DNA of 64,000 bases from Candidatus Woesearchaeota archaeon (lineage in GTDB: Archaea > Nanobdellota > Nanobdellia > Woesearchaeales > 0-14-0-80-44-23), in the NCBI GenBank assembly GCA_038874135.1, contig JAVZCZ010000001.1, positions 448,001 through 512,000 of the forward strand. The letters run 5' to 3'. The notes beneath the pieces are model-generated. The model saw only the letters and a program-made list of their open reading frames with translations, did not search any database and was not told the DNA's origin. The translations under genes and the position numbers were made by a program. Below, in pieces: positions 39,400 through 48,561 of the stretch. Within the stretch, counting starts at the first letter, position 1, and the number at the start of each line of letters is the position of its first letter.

Positions 39400-40612
39400 T
39401 CCAATCCCTCCAGCAGGGTACACTGGCTTTTGAGCTCTGGCCGCTTAAAATTCTTGCGATTTTGGAATCATAATAGTTTGAGAGCAGAGCATCCGCCCTC
39501 ACAAGACCTGCTCCGAAAGCTTCCTGTGGGACGCCCTGTTGGGATATTGGCTGAGCAGTATCTGCCAGCCGCCTTTCAACAAGATTAACATCCATACCTA
39601 GTGAGAGCCCCAGAGCAATCGCGCCTGAAACGTGGGGAGCTGCCATTGAGGTGCCTGACAGCATCCTGTAAGAGCCGCCTGGATATGAAGAAACAATCTC
39701 AACTCCCGGCGCAGAGATGTCTACCAGATCATTTATGTTGCTGAAGTAGGCATGCCTGTTCATCCTATCTACTGCCGCTACGGATATGACTGGCTGAAAG
39801 GATGCTGGATAATCATATATTGGAGCCGCGTCGTTGCCAGCTGCAGCGCACATTATGAGGCCATGCTTGTGAGCGTAGTAGCAGAGCTCCTTAAAGGCTT
39901 CTGAATAGTCTGGTGCTCCGAGGCTCATATTCACAATTTGTAATCTCTTCTTCAATGCCCATTCGATTCCGAGCATCACAGTTGCCTCGCTACCAGAGCC
40001 GTCCTCATCCAGAACTCTTAAGGCGTATAGTCTAGCTCCTGGAGCGACTCCGCAGTTTCTTCCTGCAATAATGCCTGCAACATGGGTGCCGTGCCCGTTA
40101 AGATCCATAGGCTTTGAATTATTTAGGATGAAGTCAAAGCCCTTATCATCTGAAAACCTGGAGGATATTTCAGGATGAGAGTAGTCGCAGCCAGTGTCTA
40201 TCACGCCTACTGAAACTTCTGAGCCTGTTGAGAGCTTCCAAGCCTCATATGCTCCAATATTTTCAAGGTTCCAGAGCCTCTCGCCATGATCTAGAGAATA
40301 GTTTATGCCCTTCCTCATTGGAGGTATTGAAACCTTAGCAGAGGGCTCTATTGAGAGTATCTGCTCCAGAGCACTTCTCACCTCGCGACTTAGAAGCCAG
40401 GAGCGGCGTTCCTTATACTTTAAGCTTGCAAGCCGCTCAGCATCCTTAACGCTGCACTCTAAGGCAAGGTATGGAATCAGTTCAAAAGCCCTGCACCTGC
40501 CAAACCTTCTAAGCGTGTTATAAGCCTTCTCCTTATCCGAAACTTCTATTATTAGCTCTATGCCTCCTTTCGCATTTTTAAGCGTTGAAAAAATTTTATC
40601 AATTTCAGCCAT
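39383..40612 (-). CDS. S8 subtilisin-like serine protease, no signal peptide
   Basis: Triad motifs VIDTG, GHGTHVAG, SGTSMAAPHV; oxyanion AAAGN. Confidence 0.93.
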   Translation of the reverse strand: MAEIDKIFSTLKNAKGGIELIIEVSDKEKAYNTLRRFGRCRAFELIPYLALECSVKDAERLASLKYKERRSWLLSREVRSALEQILSIEPSAKVSIPPMRKGINYSLDHGERLWNLENIGAYEAWKLSTGSEVSVGVIDTGCDYSHPEISSRFSDDKGFDFILNNSKPMDLNGHGTHVAGIIAGRNCGVAPGARLYALRVLDEDGSGSEATVMLGIEWALKKRLQIVNMSLGAPDYSEAFKELCYYAHKHGLIMCAAAGNDAAPIYDYPASFQPVISVAAVDRMNRHAYFSNINDLVDISAPGVEIVSSYPGGSYRMLSGTSMAAPHVSGAIALGLSLGMDVNLVERRLADTAQPISQQGVPQEAFGAGLVRADALLSNYYDSKIARILSGQSSKASVPCWRDWNVPRR

Positions 40613-40697
40613 GAGGAGAATTTTAATTTTAAGTTAAATAATGCTTATCACAAATTTCTCGGAAGTCCTTCGGAATTGGTCGCAAGAGTTTCAAGAC

Positions 40698-41933
40698 TCA
40701 TCTTAAGGATAAGATGAGGGAACGCACCTCTTCTCTGAGAATGCGCTCGTCATCCCTCCTGAGCTTAAGCTCAGCAGTAACAAATCCTGAATTCCCACCG
40801 CCCTTGCCAGAAAAGAGTGAGAATACTGTATTATTAAGAAATTCCAGTAGGTCTGAATCCAGATCTGAAGAGCGCATAAGGTAAATGTTCGCTTTCTCTT
40901 CACCCGTTCTGTTTATTAGCAAAACAAACGCCTGTTTTGAGCACAGGGCTGACATGCCTTTAACTATAACCTTCTGCTCCTCGCCCTCAAGAGTCTCAGA
41001 ATAGAAGCTTATGCCGAAAAGCCTCTCGGGAGTTATACTAGAAATCCTTCTCAGCAAATCCTGCTGGTGCCTCTCCTTCAACTCCCTATTCTCATTCCAA
41101 AGCTTAAGAGTGTCTTCAAATACAGAGTCACTCCTTCCTAAAAGCGCAGATATCCTTCTAAAATCCCTCGAATGCCTAAAAACCTCTCTAAAAGCATGCT
41201 CGGCAACTTTGAACTTTATCTCAAACTTTGAGCTTCCTAAACTTTTAAGAGAGGTTACCAGAACGAGCTTCAACTCAGAAGTATTCTCAACGTGGGTGCC
41301 CGTGCAGGCAGAAGCGTCAACCCCGACAATCTCAACCCTCCTAACAAATTCGTCCTTAATCCTGTCAGCCTTAATCCGCAAATCCGAATCAGAAAGAGCC
41401 TCCTGCGGTGCGAGGTAAGAAATCCTAAACGCCCGCCCCTCTTTTACTATAGAATTTGCAAGCTCCTCAGCCTCAAACATGAGATTCCAATTAAGAGAAG
41501 AAGCCCTAACAAAAAATGATGACTCCTCAGCACCTATTGAAACCTTATCAATTTCAACACTGAGAGAGTGTTCACCCATCACGCGTTTCAAACAGGCAAA
41601 TAGCAGATGCTCTCCAGAATGCATAAGCGTGTAAGCCCTCCTAAGCTGAGAATTCACCTCAAAAATAACCTTCTGCCCCTCAGAAATACTTCCCGAAAAC
41701 CTTGAACATCTGTGCATTATCAAACCGCCATCCTCAAAGGAGTCCTCAACCTCGGCATAAAAGCCATCTCCAGAGATTACTCCCCTATCAGAAGGCTGGC
41801 CTCCGGAAGCTGGCCTGAAAGGGCTCTTCTCAGCGCCTACTAATAAAAAGCTTCCCTCCCGCCTTACGGCCCTGACAGGCTCCGCTGATTTGAGAATTCC
41901 CGAATCGTAAAACTGGAATAGCTCCCGCCTCAT
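40698..41933 (-). CDS. Long AlaX-type editing protein with C-terminal DHHA1/C-Ala domain
   Basis: GGQPSD, HSGEH, ACTGTHV, C-terminal GKGGGN. Confidence 0.82.
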   Translation of the reverse strand: MRRELFQFYDSGILKSAEPVRAVRREGSFLLVGAEKSPFRPASGGQPSDRGVISGDGFYAEVEDSFEDGGLIMHRCSRFSGSISEGQKVIFEVNSQLRRAYTLMHSGEHLLFACLKRVMGEHSLSVEIDKVSIGAEESSFFVRASSLNWNLMFEAEELANSIVKEGRAFRISYLAPQEALSDSDLRIKADRIKDEFVRRVEIVGVDASACTGTHVENTSELKLVLVTSLKSLGSSKFEIKFKVAEHAFREVFRHSRDFRRISALLGRSDSVFEDTLKLWNENRELKERHQQDLLRRISSITPERLFGISFYSETLEGEEQKVIVKGMSALCSKQAFVLLINRTGEEKANIYLMRSSDLDSDLLEFLNNTVFSLFSGKGGGNSGFVTAELKLRRDDERILREEVRSLILSLR

Positions 41934-42014
41934 TACTCCCGCTTTGCCCGGAGGGTATAAAAAATTATCTGAAAATGTTTAAATACTAAACTCGCATTAA
42001 ATGCATCTTAGGGG

Positions 42015-42275
42015 GTGAACTATTTGGAAGAAGAAGTTGGAAGGATAACGCACTACTTCTCAAAGATAGGAGTTGCCGTTCTTAAGCTTTCAGGCAGCAT
42101 AAGGGTTGGAGACACTATAAGGATAAGGGGCCACTCCACAGACTTCAAGCAGAAGGTAAGCTCAATGCAGGTTGAGCACAAAAACATCCCTGAAGCAAAG
42201 TCTGGAGATGAAGTAGGGCTAAAAGTGGAATCGCAAGTCAGAGAGGGAGACCTAGTTTATCTTGTTAAGGAGTAG
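42015..42275 (+). CDS. Small EF-Tu-domain-II-like beta-barrel protein (U32 C-terminal-like)
   Basis: VGRITHYFSKIGVAV, VSSMQVEH, GDEVGLKV, VREGDLVY. Confidence 0.8.
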   Translation: MNYLEEEVGRITHYFSKIGVAVLKLSGSIRVGDTIRIRGHSTDFKQKVSSMQVEHKNIPEAKSGDEVGLKVESQVREGDLVYLVKE

Positions 42276-43369
42276 AGGTTTTTCAGGCGCATCAGCGCCC
42301 TCCTCTTATCAAAATCTCCAACCTGAGCATCCCTTATGGCATCTCTCAACACGCTAACATTCTCATCCATAAGGGCAGTATCCACAGGGTATGGAATTCC
42401 GTCCTTGCCACCGTGCGCAAAGCTGAACCTGGCAGGATCATCCCAGGAAGCGCCGCACCCGTAGATGAGCTCAGAGATAAGTGCGAGAGCCCTCACTGCT
42501 TTAGCCCCAAACCCCCTAACTGAGATTAGCTCTTCATAAGTTTCCGGCTGAAGCTCGTAAGCTGCCTTGAGAGTTTCAAAGTCGCGCTTCCCCATCCTGG
42601 GAATAGTGTGCATCCGCGGCATGGATAAACTCTTAAACTGGGAATACTCCAAGAGCGAACGCTGCTCTGAACAGCACGAATTCAACATCCTGACAATCCT
42701 GCCAGGCCCGTCGCAAGCCAGGTCAACGCTGCACTTCCTAGCAGCCCTGCTTTCACGAGAAGTCATGTTCAGAACATCCTGCTTCAAGGTGTAGGAAAAG
42801 ATTGCGGAGTGCGGCTCCTCAACGAAGCTTTCAAAGCCTGAAAGCCAATGATACCTGCGGGCGTATTGTGAAGCCTGACTCATGCCCTGCTGCACGACAG
42901 CGTATGAGCCGTCCTCAGCCAGAAAGAAGGAGTGGTGATAAAGCTGGAATCCGTCCTGCACCAGAGCATTATCCACCTTGGCAATAAGCCTTGAAGCCCT
43001 CTGCAGCTCCTCAGCCCGAGAACTTCCCATACCGAAAGATTCAGAAGCTTCAATAATCTCAGAAGGAGTGCCTCTTGAAGCAGAACCCTTGCCTCCGAGC
43101 ACCAAAACTCCGTCCTCAGGCGTTAAAGCCTCCTTAAGAGCAGCGCACACAGTAGTAGTAAGCCCGGAAGAGTGCCAGTCAAATCCGAGAACGCTGCCCA
43201 GGCATTGGAAGAAGTAAGGATCAGAAATTCTCCTAAGAAATTCACTCCTGCCATACTCAAAGATGATGAATCTTGAAATCTCGCCTCCAAGCCGCACCAT
43301 CCTCGGAAAGAGCCATCTTGGACACCTTCCCGAGTGAAGCGGCAGCTCTGCACACCCCGTCCTATTCAT
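42257..43369 (-). CDS. DUF763 protein
   Basis: LPLHSGRCPRWL, GFDWHSSGLTT, AKVDNALVQDG, FAHGGKDGIPYPVD. Confidence 0.9.
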   Translation of the reverse strand: MNRTGCAELPLHSGRCPRWLFPRMVRLGGEISRFIIFEYGRSEFLRRISDPYFFQCLGSVLGFDWHSSGLTTTVCAALKEALTPEDGVLVLGGKGSASRGTPSEIIEASESFGMGSSRAEELQRASRLIAKVDNALVQDGFQLYHHSFFLAEDGSYAVVQQGMSQASQYARRYHWLSGFESFVEEPHSAIFSYTLKQDVLNMTSRESRAARKCSVDLACDGPGRIVRMLNSCCSEQRSLLEYSQFKSLSMPRMHTIPRMGKRDFETLKAAYELQPETYEELISVRGFGAKAVRALALISELIYGCGASWDDPARFSFAHGGKDGIPYPVDTALMDENVSVLRDAIRDAQVGDFDKRRALMRLKNLYSLTR

Positions 43370-43424
43370 AGAAAAAAAGATTTAATAAAATGAATTAAAA
43401 GGATTGCGCAGAGGTGTCCAATGC

Positions 43425-44069
43425 CTAAACCCCGCGCCTAGGACAGAGCCTTTTCAATATGCAGAGCTCGCACTTAGGCTTAAGAGCATTACACACCATC
43501 CTCCCGTGCGATATTAAAAGAAATGAAATGTTCCTCCACTCTCTCCTGGGAAGAAGCGTCATGAGATCCTGTTCTATAACCCTCGGATCACGACTTCTAG
43601 TAAAGCCAAGCCTGAATGAAAGCCTCCTAACATGAGTGTCAACAACTATGCCCTTAACAACTCCAAAGCCCTCAGAGAGCACAAGATTCGCAGTCTTCCT
43701 GGCAACACCTGGAAGGCTGAGAAGGTCATCCATACTAGCAGGAACCCTGGAATTAAACCTCTCCACTATAGCCCTAGAAGCCTCAACTATGCGCCTCGCC
43801 TTCAAGTGGTAAAAACCAGTGCTCCTAATAATCCCTTCTAGCTCCTTAACATCCGCCCTGGCAAAATCCTCAGGAGTTCTAAACCTCTTAAAGAGCACTG
43901 GCGTCACAGCATTAACCCTAGCGTCAGTACACTGCGCAGAAAGCATGGTAGCTATGAGAAGCTGAAAAGGGTTTGAAAACCTCAAAGCAGTTCCGGGAAT
44001 GCCATACTCCCGCTTGAGAATTCTCACAACCCTAATTGCACGATCCCTTTCAGAATGGTTCACACGCAT
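43425..44069 (-). CDS. nth: Endonuclease III
   Basis: LSAQCTD, LPGVARKTAN, VDTHV, C-x6-C-x2-C-x5-C cluster. Confidence 0.96.
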   Translation of the reverse strand: MRVNHSERDRAIRVVRILKREYGIPGTALRFSNPFQLLIATMLSAQCTDARVNAVTPVLFKRFRTPEDFARADVKELEGIIRSTGFYHLKARRIVEASRAIVERFNSRVPASMDDLLSLPGVARKTANLVLSEGFGVVKGIVVDTHVRRLSFRLGFTRSRDPRVIEQDLMTLLPRREWRNISFLLISHGRMVCNALKPKCELCILKRLCPRRGV

Positions 44070-44178
44070 AAGAAGACAAATGTTAAATCAAATTAAAAGC
44101 TTTACTCAAAATGCTAAAGCAAAACAAGTTTCAGCAAGATGTAAGCACAAAAATTCTTGCATATATCTTTAGAAAAAA

Positions 44179-44191
44179 ATTTCCACTGGAC
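44179..44191 (-). promoter_or_regulatory. ORB-like motif GTCCAGTGGAAAT in the nth-cas12a intergenic region
   Basis: Plus strand reads atttccactggac; matches the archaeal ORB core TCCAGTGGAAA; single copy and no cdc6 in the window. Confidence 0.35.
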
Positions 44192-44254
44192 TTGCGTTGT
44201 AGAAATATTTTTAAATGAAGAAAAAATTAAAGGAAATAGGGGGTGGGTTATATT

Positions 44255-47200
44255 ATGATTGAATCAAGAACTTCAATCTGGGATGAGTGCACTGGGCTTT
44301 ACAAATTAAAGAAGACCTTAAGATTCAGGCTGAAACCGATTGGCAAAACAGAAGAGTTCATAATAGAAAGGAAGATTATAGAAAATGACGAAGAACTTGC
44401 CAGAGATTCTGAAAGAGCTAAAAAAATAATAGATGAATATTATAGAAATTTCATAGCAGACAGGTTAAGAAATACAAAAATTAGCCTAGATAGTCTAAAA
44501 GAGTATGAAAAAAAGTATTTAGAGTTGAAAAAAGACAAAAAGAATAAAAACGCAACAAAAGAGTTCTCTACAATTCAAAAAAACCTCATTAAAGAAGTTC
44601 ACGATAAGTTCTTTGAAGGTACACAAAAAAATGAATTATTTGAAGACGACTTAATTAAAAATAGACTTCCCAATTGGTTAGAAAAAGAAAAAAGAGAAGA
44701 AGACAGAAAATTGATAGAAAAATTCAATAAGTTTGTTACATATTTTCATCCATTTTTTGAAAAAAGAAAAAATGTATTCTCAAATGAGGAGAAATCCACC
44801 TCGCTATTTTACAGAATTGTTGGTGAAAATTTACCAAGATATATTGATAACATAAAAAAGTATGAGAAGATAAGTCAATATTCAGATTTTGATTGCAGCA
44901 CACTAGAGAAAGAATTCTATCATGAATTAGGGGAAAAAAAATTAGATGAATTTTTCAAACTTGAAAACTTTAATGAGTTCCTAAGCCAGGAAGGAATAGA
45001 CAGATTCAACCTCGTAATAGGTGGTAAGTCGTTAGAAGGTAATAAAAAAATTCAGGGGCTCAACGAGCTGATTAACCTGTACTCCCAAAAACAGCCTGAA
45101 GACAAAAAACGGGAAATAAAAAAACTTTTAATGGTGCCACTATACAAGCAAATTCTAGGAGAAAAAAATACATTCTCTTTTGCTGAAGCAAAAATAGAAG
45201 ACGATGTAGAAGTAGTATCTACACTTCATGAGTTCTACACAGGAATCTCAAATGAGTTTGAAATAATAAAAAACATTTTTGAAAATATACTACAATACGA
45301 CGCTAGTGGGATCTATTTAAAAAAATCCTCTCTGAGTTACATATCTAAGGAGATATATAATGAGTGGGATCTTATTAATAGAGGATTAGATGCGTACGCA
45401 CAAAAAGACTTAAAAACTAAAAAAGAAAGAGACGCTTGGCTTAAAAAGACGTATTTTTCTCTAGAAGAAATTAAACAGTCATTAAGCTGCCTAGACGAAG
45501 AAGGTAAGTATTGGCAAACCTTTTTTGAGTACTACGCTGGAAAAAATAGCATTATAACGAAGCTTATAGATCAAGTAAAAGAAAAATACTCTCAGCTTAG
45601 CGAATTAAAACCGACTAAAAACGAGAAAGCACTCACAAAAGAAGAGAACTACAAAGATGTAGAAAAGATAAAGGAATTTTTAGATGTAGCTATGCAGCTG
45701 TATAAGATAATAAAACCGTTCAACTTAAGAAATAAAGAAGAAAGCTCACCATTGGAGATTAACGCAGAGTTCTACAACAAATTTGAAGAAGCATACGAAC
45801 CTTTTGAAAAAATCGTAGGAGTATATAACAGAATAAGAAATTATGTGACACAAAAACCTTTCAGCACTGATAAAATAAAAATAACATTCAAAAAATCAAA
45901 ATTATTAAACGGTTGGGATGTTAACAAAGTAAAAGATTGTCGGGGAATAATATTGGAGAAGGAAGGAAAATACTTCTTAGGTATTATTGAAGATACGGAA
46001 GAATTCGATAGGATAAAAAAGAAGGAAGAAGTAAAAGGACCAGCATATAAACTTGTGGAGTACAAATTAATTCCTGAACCTGCAAAAGAATTGGCACATG
46101 TGTTTTTTTCAGAAAAATACAAAAAAATGTATCCAATTCCTAAAGAGATAGAAGAAATAAGAAAGTATGCTAGTTACAGCAAAAATGCGAAGCTGCAAGA
46201 TGGTTATGAGAAGAAGGAATTCAAAATTGAGGACTGCCATAAGATGATAAACTTTTACAAAGAGGGTATAAAAAAACATCCGGAATGGAACAAGAAGTTT
46301 AATTTTAAATTCAAAGAAACATCTGAGTACAAAGATATTAAAGAATTTTTCCAAGATGTTCATAACCAGGCGTATGAAATAGAGTATGAATACATACCTG
46401 AATCTGAAATAAATCAAATGGTAAATGATGGCAAGCTGTACCTATTCCAGCTGTGGAACAAAGATTTTTCACCCTACTCAAAAGGTAGGAAGAACCTGCA
46501 CACGCTCTACTGGCAGGCATTATTCAGTGAAGAAAACCTAAAGGATGTAAAATTCAAGTTAGACGGAGGCGCAGAAATTTTTTTCAGAAATAAATCCATA
46601 GAAAATCCCACAATTCACCGAGCAGGGGGACCTATTGAAAACAAGAATCCAATTAGAGAAAAAGAAAGAAGCATATTCAAATATGACATCATAAAGGACA
46701 GGAGGTATACGGAAAACCAGTTCTTTTTACATTGCCCAATAACACTAAATTTCAAATTAGAAGAATTAAAAAGAAAAGATCTAAACAAAAATATCAACGA
46801 GATTATAGAGAAAAATCACTCAAAGGTTAACATTCTAAGCATTGACCGCGGTGAGAGAAACCTGCTGTATTACACACTGCTCTCACCTGAAGGGAGGATA
46901 ATAGAACAAAAATCATTAAACATTTTATACGATGATATTAATAGAAAACACTCATACTGGGATAAGCTTGATGAACTTGAACAAGAAAGGAAACGAGCAA
47001 GAGTAAACTGGAGCAAAATAAAGAATATAAAAGAGATGAAAGAGGGTTACCTATCAAAGGCAGTTCACGATATCTGCAAAATGGCTGTGGAGCATAATGC
47101 AGTGATAGTTTTAGAAGACTTAAACACCGAATTCAAGCGCGGAAGATCAAAGATAGAAAAACAGGTATACCAGAAGTTTGAAAAGATGCTAATTAATAAG

Positions 47201-47995
47201 TTAAACTACCTCGTATTCAAAGACAGGGAAGAAACGCAAAAAGGCGGACTGTTAAATGCATATCAGCTAACCAGCCAATTTACATCATTTGAGGAAATAG
47301 GAAAACAAACGGGAATAATATTCTATGTAGATGCGGGCTACACTTCAGCCATATGTCCCAAAACAGGATTTGTAAATATGCTCCACCCAAAGTACACAAA
47401 CATAAAAGCTGCACAGGACTTTTTCAAAAGATTTAAGTCAATAAGATACAACAGTAAAGAGAAATACTTTGAATTCACTTTCAAGTATGCAGACTTCTTA
47501 GAAAAAGACTCTAAAAATGAATACAACCAGAAAGAATGGACTGTTTGCAGCTTTGGAACGAGATTTGTAATAAAGAAGAAAAACAATTTGATAACTGGAG
47601 AAACTGAAGAGGTGCATGTAACGGAAAAACTCAAGGACCTATTCAAAAAGGAAGGAATCACATACGAGGATGAAAGAAACCTTGTTAAAGAGATAATTAA
47701 AAGCGAGAATAAGACATTCTTTGAAGAATTGATCTACCTGTTAAGATTAGTTCTGCAAATGAGAAACTTTGACAGTCAAAAAAATGAAGATTTTATATTG
47801 TCCTGCGTGAGAGATGCTTCGGGAAACTTCTTTGACTCTAGAAGAGCAGATAAGGATGAACCTCAAAATGCAGACGCAAACGGAGCATTACATATAGGAC
47901 TAAAAGGAATTCTGACAATCAAAAAGATCATTAAAGGAGAAAAACCTCATGTAGATAGGGAAGAGTATCTAGAATATGTGATAGCGAGGCACTGA
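44255..47995 (+). CDS. cas12a: Type V-A CRISPR effector Cas12a (Cpf1)
   Basis: LYKLKKTLRFRLKPIGKT, GLNELINLY, YNRIRNYVTQKPFS, GWDVNK, LYLFQLWNKDFS, NLHTLYW; RuvC SIDRGERNL / IVLEDLN / NADANGA; ATG 44255 preferred over GTG 44243. Confidence 0.97.
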   Translation: MIESRTSIWDECTGLYKLKKTLRFRLKPIGKTEEFIIERKIIENDEELARDSERAKKIIDEYYRNFIADRLRNTKISLDSLKEYEKKYLELKKDKKNKNATKEFSTIQKNLIKEVHDKFFEGTQKNELFEDDLIKNRLPNWLEKEKREEDRKLIEKFNKFVTYFHPFFEKRKNVFSNEEKSTSLFYRIVGENLPRYIDNIKKYEKISQYSDFDCSTLEKEFYHELGEKKLDEFFKLENFNEFLSQEGIDRFNLVIGGKSLEGNKKIQGLNELINLYSQKQPEDKKREIKKLLMVPLYKQILGEKNTFSFAEAKIEDDVEVVSTLHEFYTGISNEFEIIKNIFENILQYDASGIYLKKSSLSYISKEIYNEWDLINRGLDAYAQKDLKTKKERDAWLKKTYFSLEEIKQSLSCLDEEGKYWQTFFEYYAGKNSIITKLIDQVKEKYSQLSELKPTKNEKALTKEENYKDVEKIKEFLDVAMQLYKIIKPFNLRNKEESSPLEINAEFYNKFEEAYEPFEKIVGVYNRIRNYVTQKPFSTDKIKITFKKSKLLNGWDVNKVKDCRGIILEKEGKYFLGIIEDTEEFDRIKKKEEVKGPAYKLVEYKLIPEPAKELAHVFFSEKYKKMYPIPKEIEEIRKYASYSKNAKLQDGYEKKEFKIEDCHKMINFYKEGIKKHPEWNKKFNFKFKETSEYKDIKEFFQDVHNQAYEIEYEYIPESEINQMVNDGKLYLFQLWNKDFSPYSKGRKNLHTLYWQALFSEENLKDVKFKLDGGAEIFFRNKSIENPTIHRAGGPIENKNPIREKERSIFKYDIIKDRRYTENQFFLHCPITLNFKLEELKRKDLNKNINEIIEKNHSKVNILSIDRGERNLLYYTLLSPEGRIIEQKSLNILYDDINRKHSYWDKLDELEQERKRARVNWSKIKNIKEMKEGYLSKAVHDICKMAVEHNAVIVLEDLNTEFKRGRSKIEKQVYQKFEKMLINKLNYLVFKDREETQKGGLLNAYQLTSQFTSFEEIGKQTGIIFYVDAGYTSAICPKTGFVNMLHPKYTNIKAAQDFFKRFKSIRYNSKEKYFEFTFKYADFLEKDSKNEYNQKEWTVCSFGTRFVIKKKNNLITGETEEVHVTEKLKDLFKKEGITYEDERNLVKEIIKSENKTFFEELIYLLRLVLQMRNFDSQKNEDFILSCVRDASGNFFDSRRADKDEPQNADANGALHIGLKGILTIKKIIKGEKPHVDREEYLEYVIARH

Positions 47996-48000
47996 AAAAA

Positions 48001-48561
48001 TTGGAAGAAAATATAATCATATCAAACATAAACGACTTCATATTCTGTCCGAGAAGCATCTACTTTCACAATCTTTACAGCAATTATGATGAACACCTAT
48101 ATCATGAAAACCCGCAAGTGGAAGGAAGAATAGTTCACAATAGCATTGACAAAAAACAATACAGCACAAGGCGAGACGTTCTTCAAGGAGTTGAAGTTTA
48201 CAGCGAATCTTTGGGAGTGATAGGTAAAATAGACTTATTTGACAAAAAAGAAGGAGTTCTAACAGAGCGTAAGAAGAGAATAAGCAGGATTTACGAAGGC
48301 TATCTTCTCCAGATGTATGCACAGTACTTCTGCTTAACTGAAATGGGATTTGCAGTCAAAAAAATACGACTGTACTCAGTAATGGACAACAAGACATACG
48401 AGGTAAAAATTCCTGGAGATGAAGACCTACATAAGCTTATGGAATTGCTGAAAAGAATGAGAAGTTTCAGGCTGGAAGACAAATCTTTTTCTCAAAACTT
48501 AAAAAAATGTGAAAAATGCATATATCGCAATATGTGCGATTACTACGCAGATGATGAGTAA
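48001..48561 (+). CDS. cas4: Cas4 (type V-A)
   Basis: INDFIFCPRSIYFH, GKIDLF, ERK, QMYAQYFCL, C-x2-C-x5-C. Confidence 0.95.
   Translation: MEENIIISNINDFIFCPRSIYFHNLYSNYDEHLYHENPQVEGRIVHNSIDKKQYSTRRDVLQGVEVYSESLGVIGKIDLFDKKEGVLTERKKRISRIYEGYLLQMYAQYFCLTEMGFAVKKIRLYSVMDNKTYEVKIPGDEDLHKLMELLKRMRSFRLEDKSFSQNLKKCEKCIYRNMCDYYADDE

Noticed and set aside
44255-47995. Effector being Cas12a2 or a nuclease-dead Cas12
   Set aside because: REC, WED, PI and Nuc motifs (LQMRN, FFDSR) and all three RuvC acidic residues are typical of Cas12a
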